Part shown: positions 21,313 through 32,034 of the stretch, piece after piece
Layout of the letters: each line of letters opens with the position of its first letter
Position numbering within the stretch: position 1 is the stretch's first letter
IMG/VR virus record: IMGVR_UViG_3300028886_000045
Direction: 5' to 3' (one strand)
Source: a virus
Taxonomy: Duplodnaviria; Caudoviricetes
DNA: 64,000 nt
Program-made: the position numbers and the translations under genes
Notes under the pieces: model-generated
Told to the model about the DNA's origin: nothing
Databases searched by the model: none
Seen by the model: only the letters and a program-made list of their open reading frames with translations

Positions 21313-21738
21313 TTAATATATATTTAAGCCTATACAATCTATTGCCAACCCACGCCCTATAAGGTTACGATAATCAAAGTGATTAGCATTAAGCCAATCA
21401 ATAGATTCTGTTCCAACGATTATAGGGAATAACAACTGTTGCAAATGGTCACTTCTATCCATAAGACTAAGTGCCATATCGCTATATCTTTTCCTAATTT
21501 GATAATATTCATACTCTTCTTCTGTGGTCATGCTTGACATTGGACGGAGGTAGGGTTTTACTTCTGCACAATCAAATACTATGTCTGCGTGTTTAGTTCT
21601 AATAGAAATCTTATTTTCAATAGATATTCCCGATATTACGCCTAATTCCACAGAAGGGTTTGTTGTGGTTACTTTCACCCCATAACGTAGCCTTGCGCAA
21701 AGGTCTTTAAGTAAAAGTTCTTTATCCTCTTGTTTCAT
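21313..21738 (-). CDS. phage protein, 'PYLRPMSSMT' family
   Basis: KPYLRPMSSMT..DWL..HFDY..LI..GLAI. Confidence 0.75.
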   Translation of the reverse strand: MKQEDKELLLKDLCARLRYGVKVTTTNPSVELGVISGISIENKISIRTKHADIVFDCAEVKPYLRPMSSMTTEEEYEYYQIRKRYSDMALSLMDRSDHLQQLLFPIIVGTESIDWLNANHFDYRNLIGRGLAIDCIGLNIY

Positions 21739-21740
21739 GA

Positions 21741-22178
21741 CTAAACCTCCGTTTTAGTATAAGGGTCATTTTCTTTGGTTACTTTGATTGCAAGGTTTCT
21801 TGGGATTAATTCCATAAAGTCAAAATAATTTTCAAGTAGCCATTGAATTTGATTATAATTGGCTATATGTATCTTGCATTCTGATTCTCGGAGATAATCC
21901 TTGAAATGCTGAAACTCCCCTATCTCTTTCAATGTCATACTTGACATAGGACGGAGATATGGTTTGTAATCTAAAACGCTTAAAGGTTCTATAATACTGT
22001 GTTCGTCTTTTTTACCCCCTTTCAAGGTGTATATAAACCTATCATCAATCCCTATCAATGTTTCAACGGAACTAAAATCACAATCTCTGTCATAGTCCCA
22101 ATCATTATGTAGAATTTTCACATTATAAGGTATTGCCATAGACAAATACCTTAATAGCAAATCTTTATCTTGTTTCAT
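21741..22178 (-). CDS. phage protein, 'PYLRPMSSMT' family
   Basis: KPYLRPMSSMT; 50-bp exact identity to 61271..61320. Confidence 0.75.
   Translation of the reverse strand: MKQDKDLLLRYLSMAIPYNVKILHNDWDYDRDCDFSSVETLIGIDDRFIYTLKGGKKDEHSIIEPLSVLDYKPYLRPMSSMTLKEIGEFQHFKDYLRESECKIHIANYNQIQWLLENYFDFMELIPRNLAIKVTKENDPYTKTEV
22119..22168. repeat. 50-bp exact direct repeat (second copy 61271..61320)
   Basis: CACATTATAAGGTATTGCCATAGACAAATACCTTAATAGCAAATCTTTAT at both loci. Confidence 0.9.
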
Positions 22179-22733
22179 AACTTATCGTTTTTAAGTTTCA
22201 CTTTACCTCTATTAAAAGTTGTCTTCAACAAAACTTCTTATTTTTACGCATACTTTATATGCTTCGGCTTGTTCTTTACTTATTCTATCATCAATAGCGG
22301 TTGCTTTTATTGCATCTTGCAATCTTTCTATCTCCGCTATTAAAGTATCTTTTTCTTCATTTGTCATTGTTTATTCCCCCATTGTTTTATTTTTGCTACC
22401 GATACCATACCCTAAACAGAAAGGGTTTTTTGGATATTGTTTTTATATTGATTATACTAACTTCAAAATGTATTGATAACCAAGCATTAAAACTTGTGCG
22501 ACTTGCAAAATCTTTATATTCTATCATGCTTTCATACAGATATTACTTTGGTTTTTATGCCTCAACTATTTCCCCAGTTTCAATCACATAGCCTTGTTTG
22601 CCACACCTCGGACATTCAAGGTCTTTAAGCAAGGTTTTAGTTGGTCTTACCGCCAACCATCTGTACTTGCAATCAATACAAATAACCTCGCTTACTTTGT
22701 GTGGTTGATTTTCGTTTATATCTTTAATCATAT

Positions 22734-22988
22734 TTATTCAATCATTGCTTTTTTAAGGTCATCGACTACTAAATCAGTATCAACCCAAGTTCCTTCATTA
22801 TCGCGGAATAGATATGCTTCATCATAGAGATGTTGCTTTATCCATTCGCAAACCTTATCAATCATTGTTTTATCTGCCCATTCTGCACCCTCTTTGAAAC
22901 GATGATAGCATTCGTTCCATTCAACGGGATGTGAATATTGGTCAGCACGATTCTTTGAAGCCTTTTCTCTTTCTTCTTTTCTTTTCAT
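22734..22988 (-). CDS. small phage protein, paralog of 23927..24184
   Basis: IDKVCEWI..AYL.R..EGTW.D..DLKKAM in both. Confidence 0.7.
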   Translation of the reverse strand: MKRKEEREKASKNRADQYSHPVEWNECYHRFKEGAEWADKTMIDKVCEWIKQHLYDEAYLFRDNEGTWVDTDLVVDDLKKAMIE

Positions 22989-23548
22989 ATTTTATCCCCC
23001 ATCAACTTCTTATTATACCAATCTACCCACTTTTGGCGGTCTTGTTTGTAGGTTTCCAATGCAACGACCAAATTTTGATTAAACTCATCCCTTATGGCAT
23101 ATACAATTTCCTTCCAATCTGCCGTTGTTCTTGTGCGCATAAGGTAATGTTCCCTCCAATAATCGAAGGACTCAACGCATTTGCGATATTCTTCTTGTAT
23201 TTCTTCTTTTGTCATATCTGCGTATCTTCTTCCATGATTGTGTTCTAAGCGTATGCCCAAAATTTTCCATTATATAGAGCCACCATCCTTTGTCGTAATA
23301 AGGCTTTTGCTTCAACGCGACATTGGCGCGGTGATACAAACCATAATTCAAGGGAACTTGCGACCATAAGCCATTACGGTTGCAATACCATACCATGCGA
23401 TTAAGTATTTTATTTGCTTTTCTTCTTCTCATTTCTATCTTTATAGTTCTTTAATATGATTCTGAAACTATCCATAGCAAATATCTGTTCTTTAATATCG
23501 CATTTATTGAATGGTTTCCCATTTATCTTGCACGACACTAAAGCACCA

Positions 23549-23923
23549 TTATAATCTATTTCTATTTTCACAATATTGCTTTTCTAACACACTTTTCGTT
23601 TCATCATAATCGGGCTTTGGAAATTGGTTTTTCCTTATAATGACACCTTTTATATGTGTCTTTCCGTCAAGGTAGGCATGAACCAATCTGTGAGCACCGT
23701 CAACTAACTTGTATTCTTCATCAAGAATTATAGGATAAGAGTAGTCTGCTTTTAGAACTGACTGCATTTCCCTTGCAAGTTCCTTGAAACTTCCTATATT
23801 CCAATAGTTATCTTGATTAAGAAAGGTTTCTATGTTGATGTCTTTTTGCGGATTGTCTTTGGTTGCATTCCAAAGTTTAACAACATCCCACGACTTGCCT
23901 CCTTTGTAATAATATCCGTGCAT
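23549..23923 (-). CDS. small ParB/Srx-like protein
   Basis: YPIILD..LVDGAHRL..A motif. Confidence 0.75.
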   Translation of the reverse strand: MHGYYYKGGKSWDVVKLWNATKDNPQKDINIETFLNQDNYWNIGSFKELAREMQSVLKADYSYPIILDEEYKLVDGAHRLVHAYLDGKTHIKGVIIRKNQFPKPDYDETKSVLEKQYCENRNRL

Positions 23924-23926
23924 ACA

Positions 23927-24184
23927 TTATATCTTCATTGCTTTTTTGAGGTCACTTATTAACGAATTACTATCAAACCAAGTACCTTCTTGATTTCTGA
24001 TTAGATATGCTTCACTATGTTGGTATATCCAATTACAAACCTCATCGATTATCAGATTTCTCCCTTCGTCTTTACCTACAAGGAAGCCCCCAGTTATAGC
24101 ATGGGTTATTGCATCAACTAAAGGTTTATTTAATATAGCAGCACATTGTCTGCTTGTTTCCGCTATTCTTTCTTCTGGTTTCAT
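23927..24184 (-). CDS. small phage protein, paralog of 22734..22988
   Basis: IDEVCNWI..EGTWFD..DLKKAM. Confidence 0.7.
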   Translation of the reverse strand: MKPEERIAETSRQCAAILNKPLVDAITHAITGGFLVGKDEGRNLIIDEVCNWIYQHSEAYLIRNQEGTWFDSNSLISDLKKAMKI

Positions 24185-24387
24185 ATCTTTTCTATTTTAA
24201 GTCTAACTTCTTGTGGCTCTTCATCTTCCCAACTTGGATTAACACCTTTAGGTAGGTCTTTTTCTTCGATTGGCAGAAAACAAACACCCCATTGATATAC
24301 CCATATACCCATTGTTTTTATAGGTTTTTGGTCATACAAAAATATTTTACCATTTTTGTCCCTTGCTAACCATGCTTTCATTTCCAT
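24181..24387 (-). CDS. phage protein, 'WLARDKNG' family
   Basis: Paralog of N-terminus of 7262..7732. Confidence 0.7.
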   Translation of the reverse strand: MEMKAWLARDKNGKIFLYDQKPIKTMGIWVYQWGVCFLPIEEKDLPKGVNPSWEDEEPQEVRLKIEKI

Positions 24388-24778
24388 AGCAACAGCACAT
24401 ATTTATTTGGGTTTTTATTCATATCTTTCAAAACGCACTCTGCCTCCTCCTTTGTTTGGAAACGTGTACTTCCATTCCAACTAAAGTAAACTTCAACACT
24501 TTCCATTCTCAAAATCTTCCAACCCAAATCTTTTACACAATTTGGATAACCGATAATCACAACAGTACCAAGCCTTCTACCTAACCAATTAACCCTATCT
24601 ATCGTATAGGTTTTAACTATCTTTGTTGGCTTTCCGAAAACATTCCATTTGAGAATTTCCGTATGTTCTTTTATCTTTAACCGCATAGTTCTTTTCCGAT
24701 TAATCCGTATTATCAAGCATTTCTATAAACAATGCCCCCACGGAAATCCCTTTAGGGAATTTCCTTGAAAGTCACTTG

Positions 24779-25402
24779 TTACTTCTTTTCTACTACCCCA
24801 TCCGCATTCACGACATACTGACCTATCTTTCCGTTCTCGTCTTGCTTGACGATTTTCAGCCACCAATAATCACCGTAGTGGTCATTTCCGTTTTCCTCAC
24901 ACTTACGCTTGTATTTCAAAGCGGAATCCACAGCCTCCTTGTAATCCGTGTGCATAGACTTCACCAACGAACTTACACCATCAGTAAAGACAACCACATA
25001 CATTTCCACGCGACCCCCCACCGCCTTGATTTTGATAGGCTCACCGCTTTCTGCGCAACGCAAGGTTTCATGCTGACTATACACATTGTTAATGCCTTTT
25101 TCCAAAGCAAGAAAATGCCTAATATCCCTATAAATAGGATATGACTGCGCAATAAACCTACGTTGGTAATCATTCTCGCATCCATGTCCACTCCAATCGT
25201 AGGAATCATAACCGCCTAAGTTGGGAACAACCAAGTCCTTTGCCCCTTTCAGAAACTTACGCACCTTTCCGAACTTATCAAGCAAAGCCGTGGTGTTGCC
25301 CATTATCGTATCGCCACTTGCAAAGCGGTGACAGTCTTCCACGCAATCCGCGATTATGCGTAATGCACTTTCGGTTACTTCCAATGTGTATTTCTTTTCC
25401 AT
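24779..25402 (-). CDS. hypothetical protein
   Basis: 207-aa ORF. Confidence 0.7.
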   Translation of the reverse strand: MEKKYTLEVTESALRIIADCVEDCHRFASGDTIMGNTTALLDKFGKVRKFLKGAKDLVVPNLGGYDSYDWSGHGCENDYQRRFIAQSYPIYRDIRHFLALEKGINNVYSQHETLRCAESGEPIKIKAVGGRVEMYVVVFTDGVSSLVKSMHTDYKEAVDSALKYKRKCEENGNDHYGDYWWLKIVKQDENGKIGQYVVNADGVVEKK

Positions 25403-25590
25403 ATTATTTCCTTTCCGCTAAACTGCTGACCTTTTGTAAAAAACGCCTTGTTACGCCCCATGCTTCGCTTGCAGATTGGGGAACAAACCAACTACTTAGT
25501 ACCCATGCAATACCATTGTACGCAATCAGTAACAAAGCCAACAAAGCCAATACGACCAAGGCGATGATGTTTCTTAATTCTTTCATGCAA

Positions 25591-25851
25591 CTATTCCGTT
25601 TCGTCTGCCCAATCTGCTTTTTCTGCGAGATAATCAGCAAACCAAAGAATGAAACTTACCAAAACCATTTTGTGTGACTGCCTTTTCTTTTTGCAGTATA
25701 TCACCTTACCGAATAATAGCATACCCACCATATCAATAAAGTTACTGACTACCGTGAATATCATACACGCGATAAAAGCCACAACAAATGAAACCGCATA
25801 AACAACCAACCATAGGATGTTTAGCATTAAACGCTTTAACTGACCTAACAT
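25591..25851 (-). CDS. membrane protein
   Basis: Long hydrophobic segments. Confidence 0.55.
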   Translation of the reverse strand: MLGQLKRLMLNILWLVVYAVSFVVAFIACMIFTVVSNFIDMVGMLLFGKVIYCKKKRQSHKMVLVSFILWFADYLAEKADWADETE

Positions 25852-25923
25852 TTCTTTTCTTTTCTAAATAGGGGATGCAATGCCACCAACGACACCCCAT
25901 CCCCTTACATTATGTATAGCACT

Positions 25924-26256
25924 TTAGAATCTATCCAAGTACATTGTGTAGTACATCTTACACTTTTTACAGATGATTTCCAAGGCTTCTTCAACCGACT
26001 TGCAATCGTGCCAATATCCACGACTTGAAGAAACGACTGCCTTTGTATCGTTGTCAAACATCTCACCGTCTGCTGAGAAATCCACCATATAGTAAAAGTA
26101 ATCCCCACCGTTTCTTATTACGCTGAGTTCTTTTGGGTTCTCTATTTCGATAACCAAGCGACACTCGAAACGCTTTGCCCAACACTTATCAAAAAGTGCC
26201 TGTAACTTCTGTTTGTTACTTTCGTTCATGCGGTGGTATGGATGATTATTTGCCAT
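25924..26256 (-). CDS. hypothetical protein (start re-assigned to MANNHPY)
   Basis: ATG 26256 follows pseudoknot motif and promoter 26326..26357. Confidence 0.65.
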   Translation of the reverse strand: MANNHPYHRMNESNKQKLQALFDKCWAKRFECRLVIEIENPKELSVIRNGGDYFYYMVDFSADGEMFDNDTKAVVSSSRGYWHDCKSVEEALEIICKKCKMYYTMYLDRF

Positions 26257-26263
26257 ATTTCTT

Positions 26264-26293
26264 GTGACCTTTTTATCCACTTAGTCATGTGGT
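26264..26293 (-). promoter_or_regulatory. 5'-leader pseudoknot motif, covariant copy
   Basis: CCAC-AUGACU-AA-GUGG-AUAAAAA-GGUCAC; stem 1 is CCAC/GUGG. Confidence 0.6.
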
Positions 26294-26584
26294 CTTATTT
26301 TTACCTTTATCTCTTAATTACAATGCAAAGGTAGTCATTTTTTTTGAAATATGCAAATTTTTTACCAACTTTTTTCGCCTTTTACCAAAATTTTAACACT
26401 TTCGGTTAAAGATATGCGTCTTTATGCCAAAGACATTCAGCAAGTGAAGCCAATCCATACCTTGCGCCACCCAATAAGGTTACATCTTTCCACTTATTCC
26501 AAAAATGCTTTCGGTACTGCATATAATAGGTGGCATCATTCCTTAACACACGGAAATGTAAACTTCTGTAAACAATCTTTTCCA

Positions 26585-27166
26585 TTATCCTACCAATTTG
26601 AAATCCAACACATACACGGGGGTATCTTCTGATTTGTCATAATCCTTGAAAACTTTGTCTATCAGCGCACAATAGGCTTCGCGTGGGGTCTTGAACTTAT
26701 AGGAACGTCCCTCTCCCTCAAATCCATATCCTTGCACATCCCACGCTTCAAAAACCTCTACGCCATTTCTTATGCAATCCGCGTCCGATATGTCATAAAG
26801 GCTACCAACCCTTACGTTGGTAACTTCTATCCTATGTGGCATTAACACGCCCATTACCTTGTTTCTGTCCGTAACACCTTCATCCCCACTTTGAACTAAT
26901 GCAATAATCGCATCCTCTATTTCTTTAGGTAGGTATTCCGTTTCCATCAGTTCTTTATAGGTCTGTGCGACTGCGATTTCTTCACCCTTTACAAAAGGGT
27001 TACGCAAAACCATAAAGTCCCTTAATGACATACTTTTATATTCTTCTGTAAGGCTGTTGAACTCGTCCATCATACACTTAGGGCACATAATACGCGCTTG
27101 CGTCTTCGTTCCCCTTATTACGGCTTTTATCATGCCGTATTCGCTATTTAGACTTATTACTTTCAT
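26585..27166 (-). CDS. phage ASCH/PUA-fold-like protein
   Basis: AVIRGTKTQAR..MP..IEVTNVRV..L.DISDADC..G..PVYVLDFK. Confidence 0.65.
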   Translation of the reverse strand: MKVISLNSEYGMIKAVIRGTKTQARIMCPKCMMDEFNSLTEEYKSMSLRDFMVLRNPFVKGEEIAVAQTYKELMETEYLPKEIEDAIIALVQSGDEGVTDRNKVMGVLMPHRIEVTNVRVGSLYDISDADCIRNGVEVFEAWDVQGYGFEGEGRSYKFKTPREAYCALIDKVFKDYDKSEDTPVYVLDFKLVG

Positions 27167-27489
27167 TTCTTTTTGCCTATTACTTGTTTATTGCAACTTA
27201 GCGAATCCCAATAGAACTGACTGCCATTTAGGTAAACGTGCAATACATAGATACCATCGTTCAACAATATGGTATCAAGGAACAATGTAGCCTCCGAAGG
27301 CACTCTATCCCCCGTGCAAACCAAGAAAACCTTTATCTTCTTAGTCTCCTTTATATCATCACGCACTTCTGCATATAGCACAATGCTATTTCTTTGATTC
27401 TTCACAGAAAGAACGCGCGAATGTAACGGCAATTCAATCTCTTGCTCTGTTTGTATCTTCAACTGATACTTGAAAACCCTTTTTATCAT
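27163..27489 (-). CDS. hypothetical phage protein
   Basis: VFKYQL..LP..VLSV..LYAEV..TG..VLHVY pattern. Confidence 0.7.
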   Translation of the reverse strand: MIKRVFKYQLKIQTEQEIELPLHSRVLSVKNQRNSIVLYAEVRDDIKETKKIKVFLVCTGDRVPSEATLFLDTILLNDGIYVLHVYLNGSQFYWDSLSCNKQVIGKKK

Positions 27490-28536
27490 ATATCGTTACG
27501 GCTTAAATATTAAGACTTTTCCCTTGCGCCTTTCTCATTTCTTCAAAAACGCCTTTCCCCATATTTCATTTTCCCTAAACCTTGTGGCTACCCTTTGCCC
27601 CAAAGTTTTATCATCATTCAACACCACGACCTTGTACCATACCTCGGTTTCAGTCTTTGGCTTTACCTTTACCTCTGATATTGGTAGGGAACTATTTGGC
27701 TTTACGTTTATACTGCAAGTCTGTGCTATATCACGTTGGATAATCATACCGCACACACCAACATTGTTAAAGCAGAAATTCACAATATCGCCTACTTCGT
27801 ATTTTCCGATTTTTTCCATATCACTTATCTTTATCGGGGTTCAAACAAGTCCAAACCCACGTTATTCTCTGTATAAACGCATCTTGATAGTCGTAAACCT
27901 TATAGTCATTTTCCATCATTTCCTTTTTGCCATAGATAAGCCATTGAGCATAAGACAAACCATGATACACAACGCTTATTGCCAACACGCCAAACATAAT
28001 GACGAAAATCCCCACGACCACGCTTACTATCAGTAAAATTCTCCTAATCGGTTTCATTACTTTATTTTGCTTTTGCGTTCTGAATTATCCAACTTTCAAG
28101 CCTTTTCTTATCTTGTCGGCTTGCTTGCATATAGTCACCTATGTTACCATACCATTCCGCAAACGGCTCTTGCGCCTTTTTCGCGCCTTTGTTGAATAAT
28201 AGGCAAAAGTAGAAAACCTCCCCATTATCCCCAATATGGTGTACCTTTGCAATAGTACCATCATTGTGTACTATCACATCCGCGTAATGTGCATCTTCTT
28301 TCTTCATCAGTCCTTTTTGTTTTTATCTGTTGGCTTGCGGTCAAAATCACATTGTCTTACAACTTTTCAAAATAATAATCTGCCTTGCCCTTTGTCAAAG
28401 CCATGCACGGCAAATCGTGTTTCCCCACATTGCACCTCATTTTCAATGAACACTTCAAACAAGTTTCATTGTACGTTTCCGACCTTTTTAGTTGGTGGCG
28501 AACACCATCTATTTCGACTATAATTTTTTGTGCCAT

Positions 28537-29108
28537 TTAGTCACGACTTTTGAATATTTGATTTATCCTATTCGCACATTCTTGCGCTTCTGTTTCCGAC
28601 TTGAAATAGTTACCCCTATTATAGCGTATGTTATCAACGGCATCCCTCATATCCTTTGTCTTTACGACATAAGCGCATGAGTACGATTCATTCACATACC
28701 AATAGTCACCATCGCGCTCGGTTTCCTCTTTTTCCGCGCTTACGTTCTTTAATGGTTGTACTTCTGTGTAGAACTTTTCAACCATCCTATACAATGGTGT
28801 TGAACTATTTGATACAATGGTGATACAATTTCCAATAGGGGAAATGAAATACAGCGCATCCGTATTCTTGAACGAAAGCGGAAATTCATAGTTTCCACCA
28901 TGCTTTAACAACACTTCTTTCACGCCTACACCGCTTTCCGTGCCACGACAAAAGACCTCTTTGTTGTCGCGTGCTTTATCACCGCGCTTGCAAAAATCAT
29001 ACCCTACACGGATGGCATCGTAGCACATCCGCATTTCGGTATCTGAGGAGTCATACTCGCACCCAAACATATCCCCTATCTTTTCTTTTGCAAATTCTTC
29101 TATGTTCA
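28537..29108 (-). CDS. hypothetical protein with C-terminal 'GNYF' module (start MNIEEF)
   Basis: Likely ATG at 29108; GNYFKSETEAQE. Confidence 0.6.
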
Positions 29109-29533
29109 TAGCAAAGCCCTTTCTTCTTAAAGTGACGCAATCAGTTCTTTCTTTGTGGCGAACACATCCTTTTCCTTCAAGGATGTTACGGCATTGGTAC
29201 ACAAATCATCCTCAATCAGACACACATGGTACAAAGTATCTACCTTAGTATCTACCGCATAGTGGCGCAAATCCCTTATGTTCTGACCTACCACCTTTGC
29301 GAATGACTGATAGTTAAAGCCAACGCTATATATTACGCCCTGTCTTACCTTGTTCTCAAACAAGAACCAAACGACATCTAAAATGTCAAACTTTACGTTG
29401 ATTTCCTTTTTCTTCATATTTACTTAACTTGGTTGTGAATGTTTATACTTTTGTTTCTTAATTACGTTGCAAAGTTAGTAAAAAGTTTGCAATATACCAA
29501 ATTTTTTAACACAATTTTTCATATTTTTTATAC

Positions 29534-29574
29534 AAAAAAAGGGACGCGCCCATTTCACAATGTTGCGAGTCCCC
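29534..29574 (-). terminator. intrinsic terminator with GUGA loop ending the packaging operon
   Basis: GGGACUCGCAACAUU-GUGA-AAUGGGCGCGUCCC-U7. Confidence 0.75.
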
Positions 29575-29816
29575 AAAATTCAACAATAAAGAAAACTATT
29601 CTTGCTTTTCACCTTCCTTTTTCGGTTCGCATTCTGCCTCCAATATCGGCTTTAAGTCTGCAAACTCGTTTTCCGTGATTTCGTACTTCTTTCCGTTCTG
29701 CAAATTTATCGTCCATTTGCCGTTTATGAAGAACACCGTGGAAATCTGCATTACGTTAATGTAAGTGCGAACCCTTTGAATGTAATAAAACCTTTTCATC
29801 TGACCTACTTTTTATG

Positions 29817-30125
29817 TTATACAATCTTACGACCTAACTTTATAGCAAACGTGGTATGATGCGAATACACCTTTATATCCAACACTTCCACCACCATTTG
29901 CCTATCGTTACAGAAAAACGTAATGGTATCTACCTTTCTCGGATAGAACTTACCGCCTTTCCTCAGAATTTCGGCAATATCATCCGCGCTTTTACCATTG
30001 TACTTTTCCATATCCACAAACTTCTCTATATAATACGGTGTCATATCCCTATATTCCACCGTCTTCACGCCCCTACTTATCGCGTTAAAGTAAGGATGAA
30101 GGATTGAAAGATTTTCGTTTACCAT
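29817..30125 (-). CDS. ASCH-domain protein
   Basis: LSI..YFNAISRGVKTVEYR (GxKxxExR)..FAIKLG. Confidence 0.8.
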   Translation of the reverse strand: MVNENLSILHPYFNAISRGVKTVEYRDMTPYYIEKFVDMEKYNGKSADDIAEILRKGGKFYPRKVDTITFFCNDRQMVVEVLDIKVYSHHTTFAIKLGRKIV

Positions 30126-30127
30126 AC

Positions 30128-31582
30128 CTATCCCTCCGCCTTTTGCATTTCTGCCATCCTATCCTTTTGTTCCTGTGATTCCACTTGTGCCAAGTTAGCC
30201 TCGTATGCCTTTTCCATTTCTTCCGCATACAGCCTATCAATCTCAGCCTCTTCATCTTCAACCAACCCCAATTTCCTTACAGCCGTTTCCAATGACATCA
30301 ACCCTGCGTCCCTTAACTTGATAATCCTATCAATCTTTGTATCTTCACTATCCTCAAAAGGCTCACCGAACTTGAAAGCAATCTTCATTCTTTCCAACCC
30401 TTCCGACTTCGCGGATTCCGTAACCTTCAGAATACCGACAATGACACTACGCAATCGGTCTATCATTTCCCCATAATGCTCCGTGAGGTTGTCGCGCTTG
30501 ATATAACCAAGCATAAGGGCATTGCGCATCGCTGCACCCGAAAGCGTTCCCATACCCTTCAAGTTGTCATAACTGAAATCGGGCGTGAACGTATCAAATA
30601 GCGTGGATTTCTCCAAATCTTGCTTTTCCTCTACCCTTGATGCGCTATTCTGCGGTGGGTTTATGTAGTCAAAGCGTGAATTTGCGCCCGTGAGTTGTAT
30701 CAGTCTGCCCGGTCTGTCCGTTGCTCCCAACCTATCTATAACATCAGCCGTAGCCATAGCCATAGGGTCGCTAAAGTAGTTGTTCGTGTCACCCCTCTTG
30801 CTATCCAACATTTCCATTCTCTGCAACCTTGGAACTGCACCATCCCACGCTTTCAGTTGATGGAAATACACGGCATTGATTTTTCCCGTTGGGTTTGGAA
30901 ATGTCTCTACCTCCCAACCCTTTTCACCATATTGGCATTCAAAGATAAAATCCTTTGTCAGTATATCCCAATGCCTTACCGTCTTTCCTTCCTTTCCCCT
31001 TAGTCTGTAACCATACGCGAAACTTACCAAGTCACCGTATTGGTCAAACAAAGTCCTCATTCTGTAACCAAGGGAACGTGCCACCACAAAAGGCTTTACG
31101 TTCATCCTTTCACCATTCTTACTCTTCGTAAGGTGGAATACAATAGCACTTTCCGTTTCACTTCCCGCCAATCTTTTAGCCTTTCTTATCAGCGAGTTCA
31201 TTCGGTACTTATCCATGAAACCCTCAAACAATTCAAAGGCTTCCTTTTCGTCATTCTTCAATTCCCATTCAATAGGCTTTCCCAATAGGAAGAACAACTC
31301 GATTTCGTTTATGTACCTTTCCTTCGTGCGCGGTAACTTCTCCGTGATATAATCGGTGTCATTCTTGCGCTTTTTGTTTGGGCGCATCATAACGGGGTGG
31401 TTTTGTGGGTTGTATTCGGAAAGCGCGTTATCCACCTCCCTATCGTTGTTATCCATCATATTGACAACTTTCCACACCTCCCCTTTGTCTATGTATTCGT
31501 ACAACGTGCGCTCCGCGCCCCTTGCATTCAAAGACACATTCTTAAAATGCGTCTTGACATCGTTAATGTAGTTATTATCCAT
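30128..31582 (-). CDS. portal protein (SPP1 gp6-like)
   Basis: 484 aa after TerL; FLLGKP..NPTGKI..NNYFSDP..GTLSGAAM..SLETAV. Confidence 0.85.
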   Translation of the reverse strand: MDNNYINDVKTHFKNVSLNARGAERTLYEYIDKGEVWKVVNMMDNNDREVDNALSEYNPQNHPVMMRPNKKRKNDTDYITEKLPRTKERYINEIELFFLLGKPIEWELKNDEKEAFELFEGFMDKYRMNSLIRKAKRLAGSETESAIVFHLTKSKNGERMNVKPFVVARSLGYRMRTLFDQYGDLVSFAYGYRLRGKEGKTVRHWDILTKDFIFECQYGEKGWEVETFPNPTGKINAVYFHQLKAWDGAVPRLQRMEMLDSKRGDTNNYFSDPMAMATADVIDRLGATDRPGRLIQLTGANSRFDYINPPQNSASRVEEKQDLEKSTLFDTFTPDFSYDNLKGMGTLSGAAMRNALMLGYIKRDNLTEHYGEMIDRLRSVIVGILKVTESAKSEGLERMKIAFKFGEPFEDSEDTKIDRIIKLRDAGLMSLETAVRKLGLVEDEEAEIDRLYAEEMEKAYEANLAQVESQEQKDRMAEMQKAEG

Positions 31583-31584
31583 TC

Positions 31585-32022
31585 CTAACCCTCCTTTTCA
31601 TCTTCGTAAGAACCAATCAGCACGCCATTCGCAAAGAAACATACACCGTCTTCCAATATCAAGTTATACATTTCCTCACTTGGTCTGTGTATGCCCCAAA
31701 CCGCGCTAACGTGCGTGAAACTCTGTTTGCCGTTCAGCATAAGAACCATTACGGCATCCTTGTTCCCAACCCTACCCATTTCAACATCACCGCCTTGCGT
31801 CATAATCGCATTGTGTGGCGATGTCGTAAGGTGATAGTAACCCTTTGGGGATTTCAGCACATACTCGAAAACCCTTAACGGCTTGTTTACGCAAACCACC
31901 TCCTTGACTACCTTGTACCCATCATCGGTCAAAACGCTTTCGCCTACTTCAACCTCACTTATCGGCTTGACACCTTTAGGGTACACAATCAATGTCTTGC
32001 CACTTACTCCGTTACTATTCAT
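31585..32022 (-). CDS. free-standing degenerate Hint (intein-like) domain protein
   Basis: KPISEVEVGESVLT..HLTTSPHN..MYNLILED..FFANGVL; lacks Cys1 and terminal His-Asn. Confidence 0.75.
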   Translation of the reverse strand: MNSNGVSGKTLIVYPKGVKPISEVEVGESVLTDDGYKVVKEVVCVNKPLRVFEYVLKSPKGYYHLTTSPHNAIMTQGGDVEMGRVGNKDAVMVLMLNGKQSFTHVSAVWGIHRPSEEMYNLILEDGVCFFANGVLIGSYEDEKEG

Positions 32023-32034
32023 GTCCTATACTTT

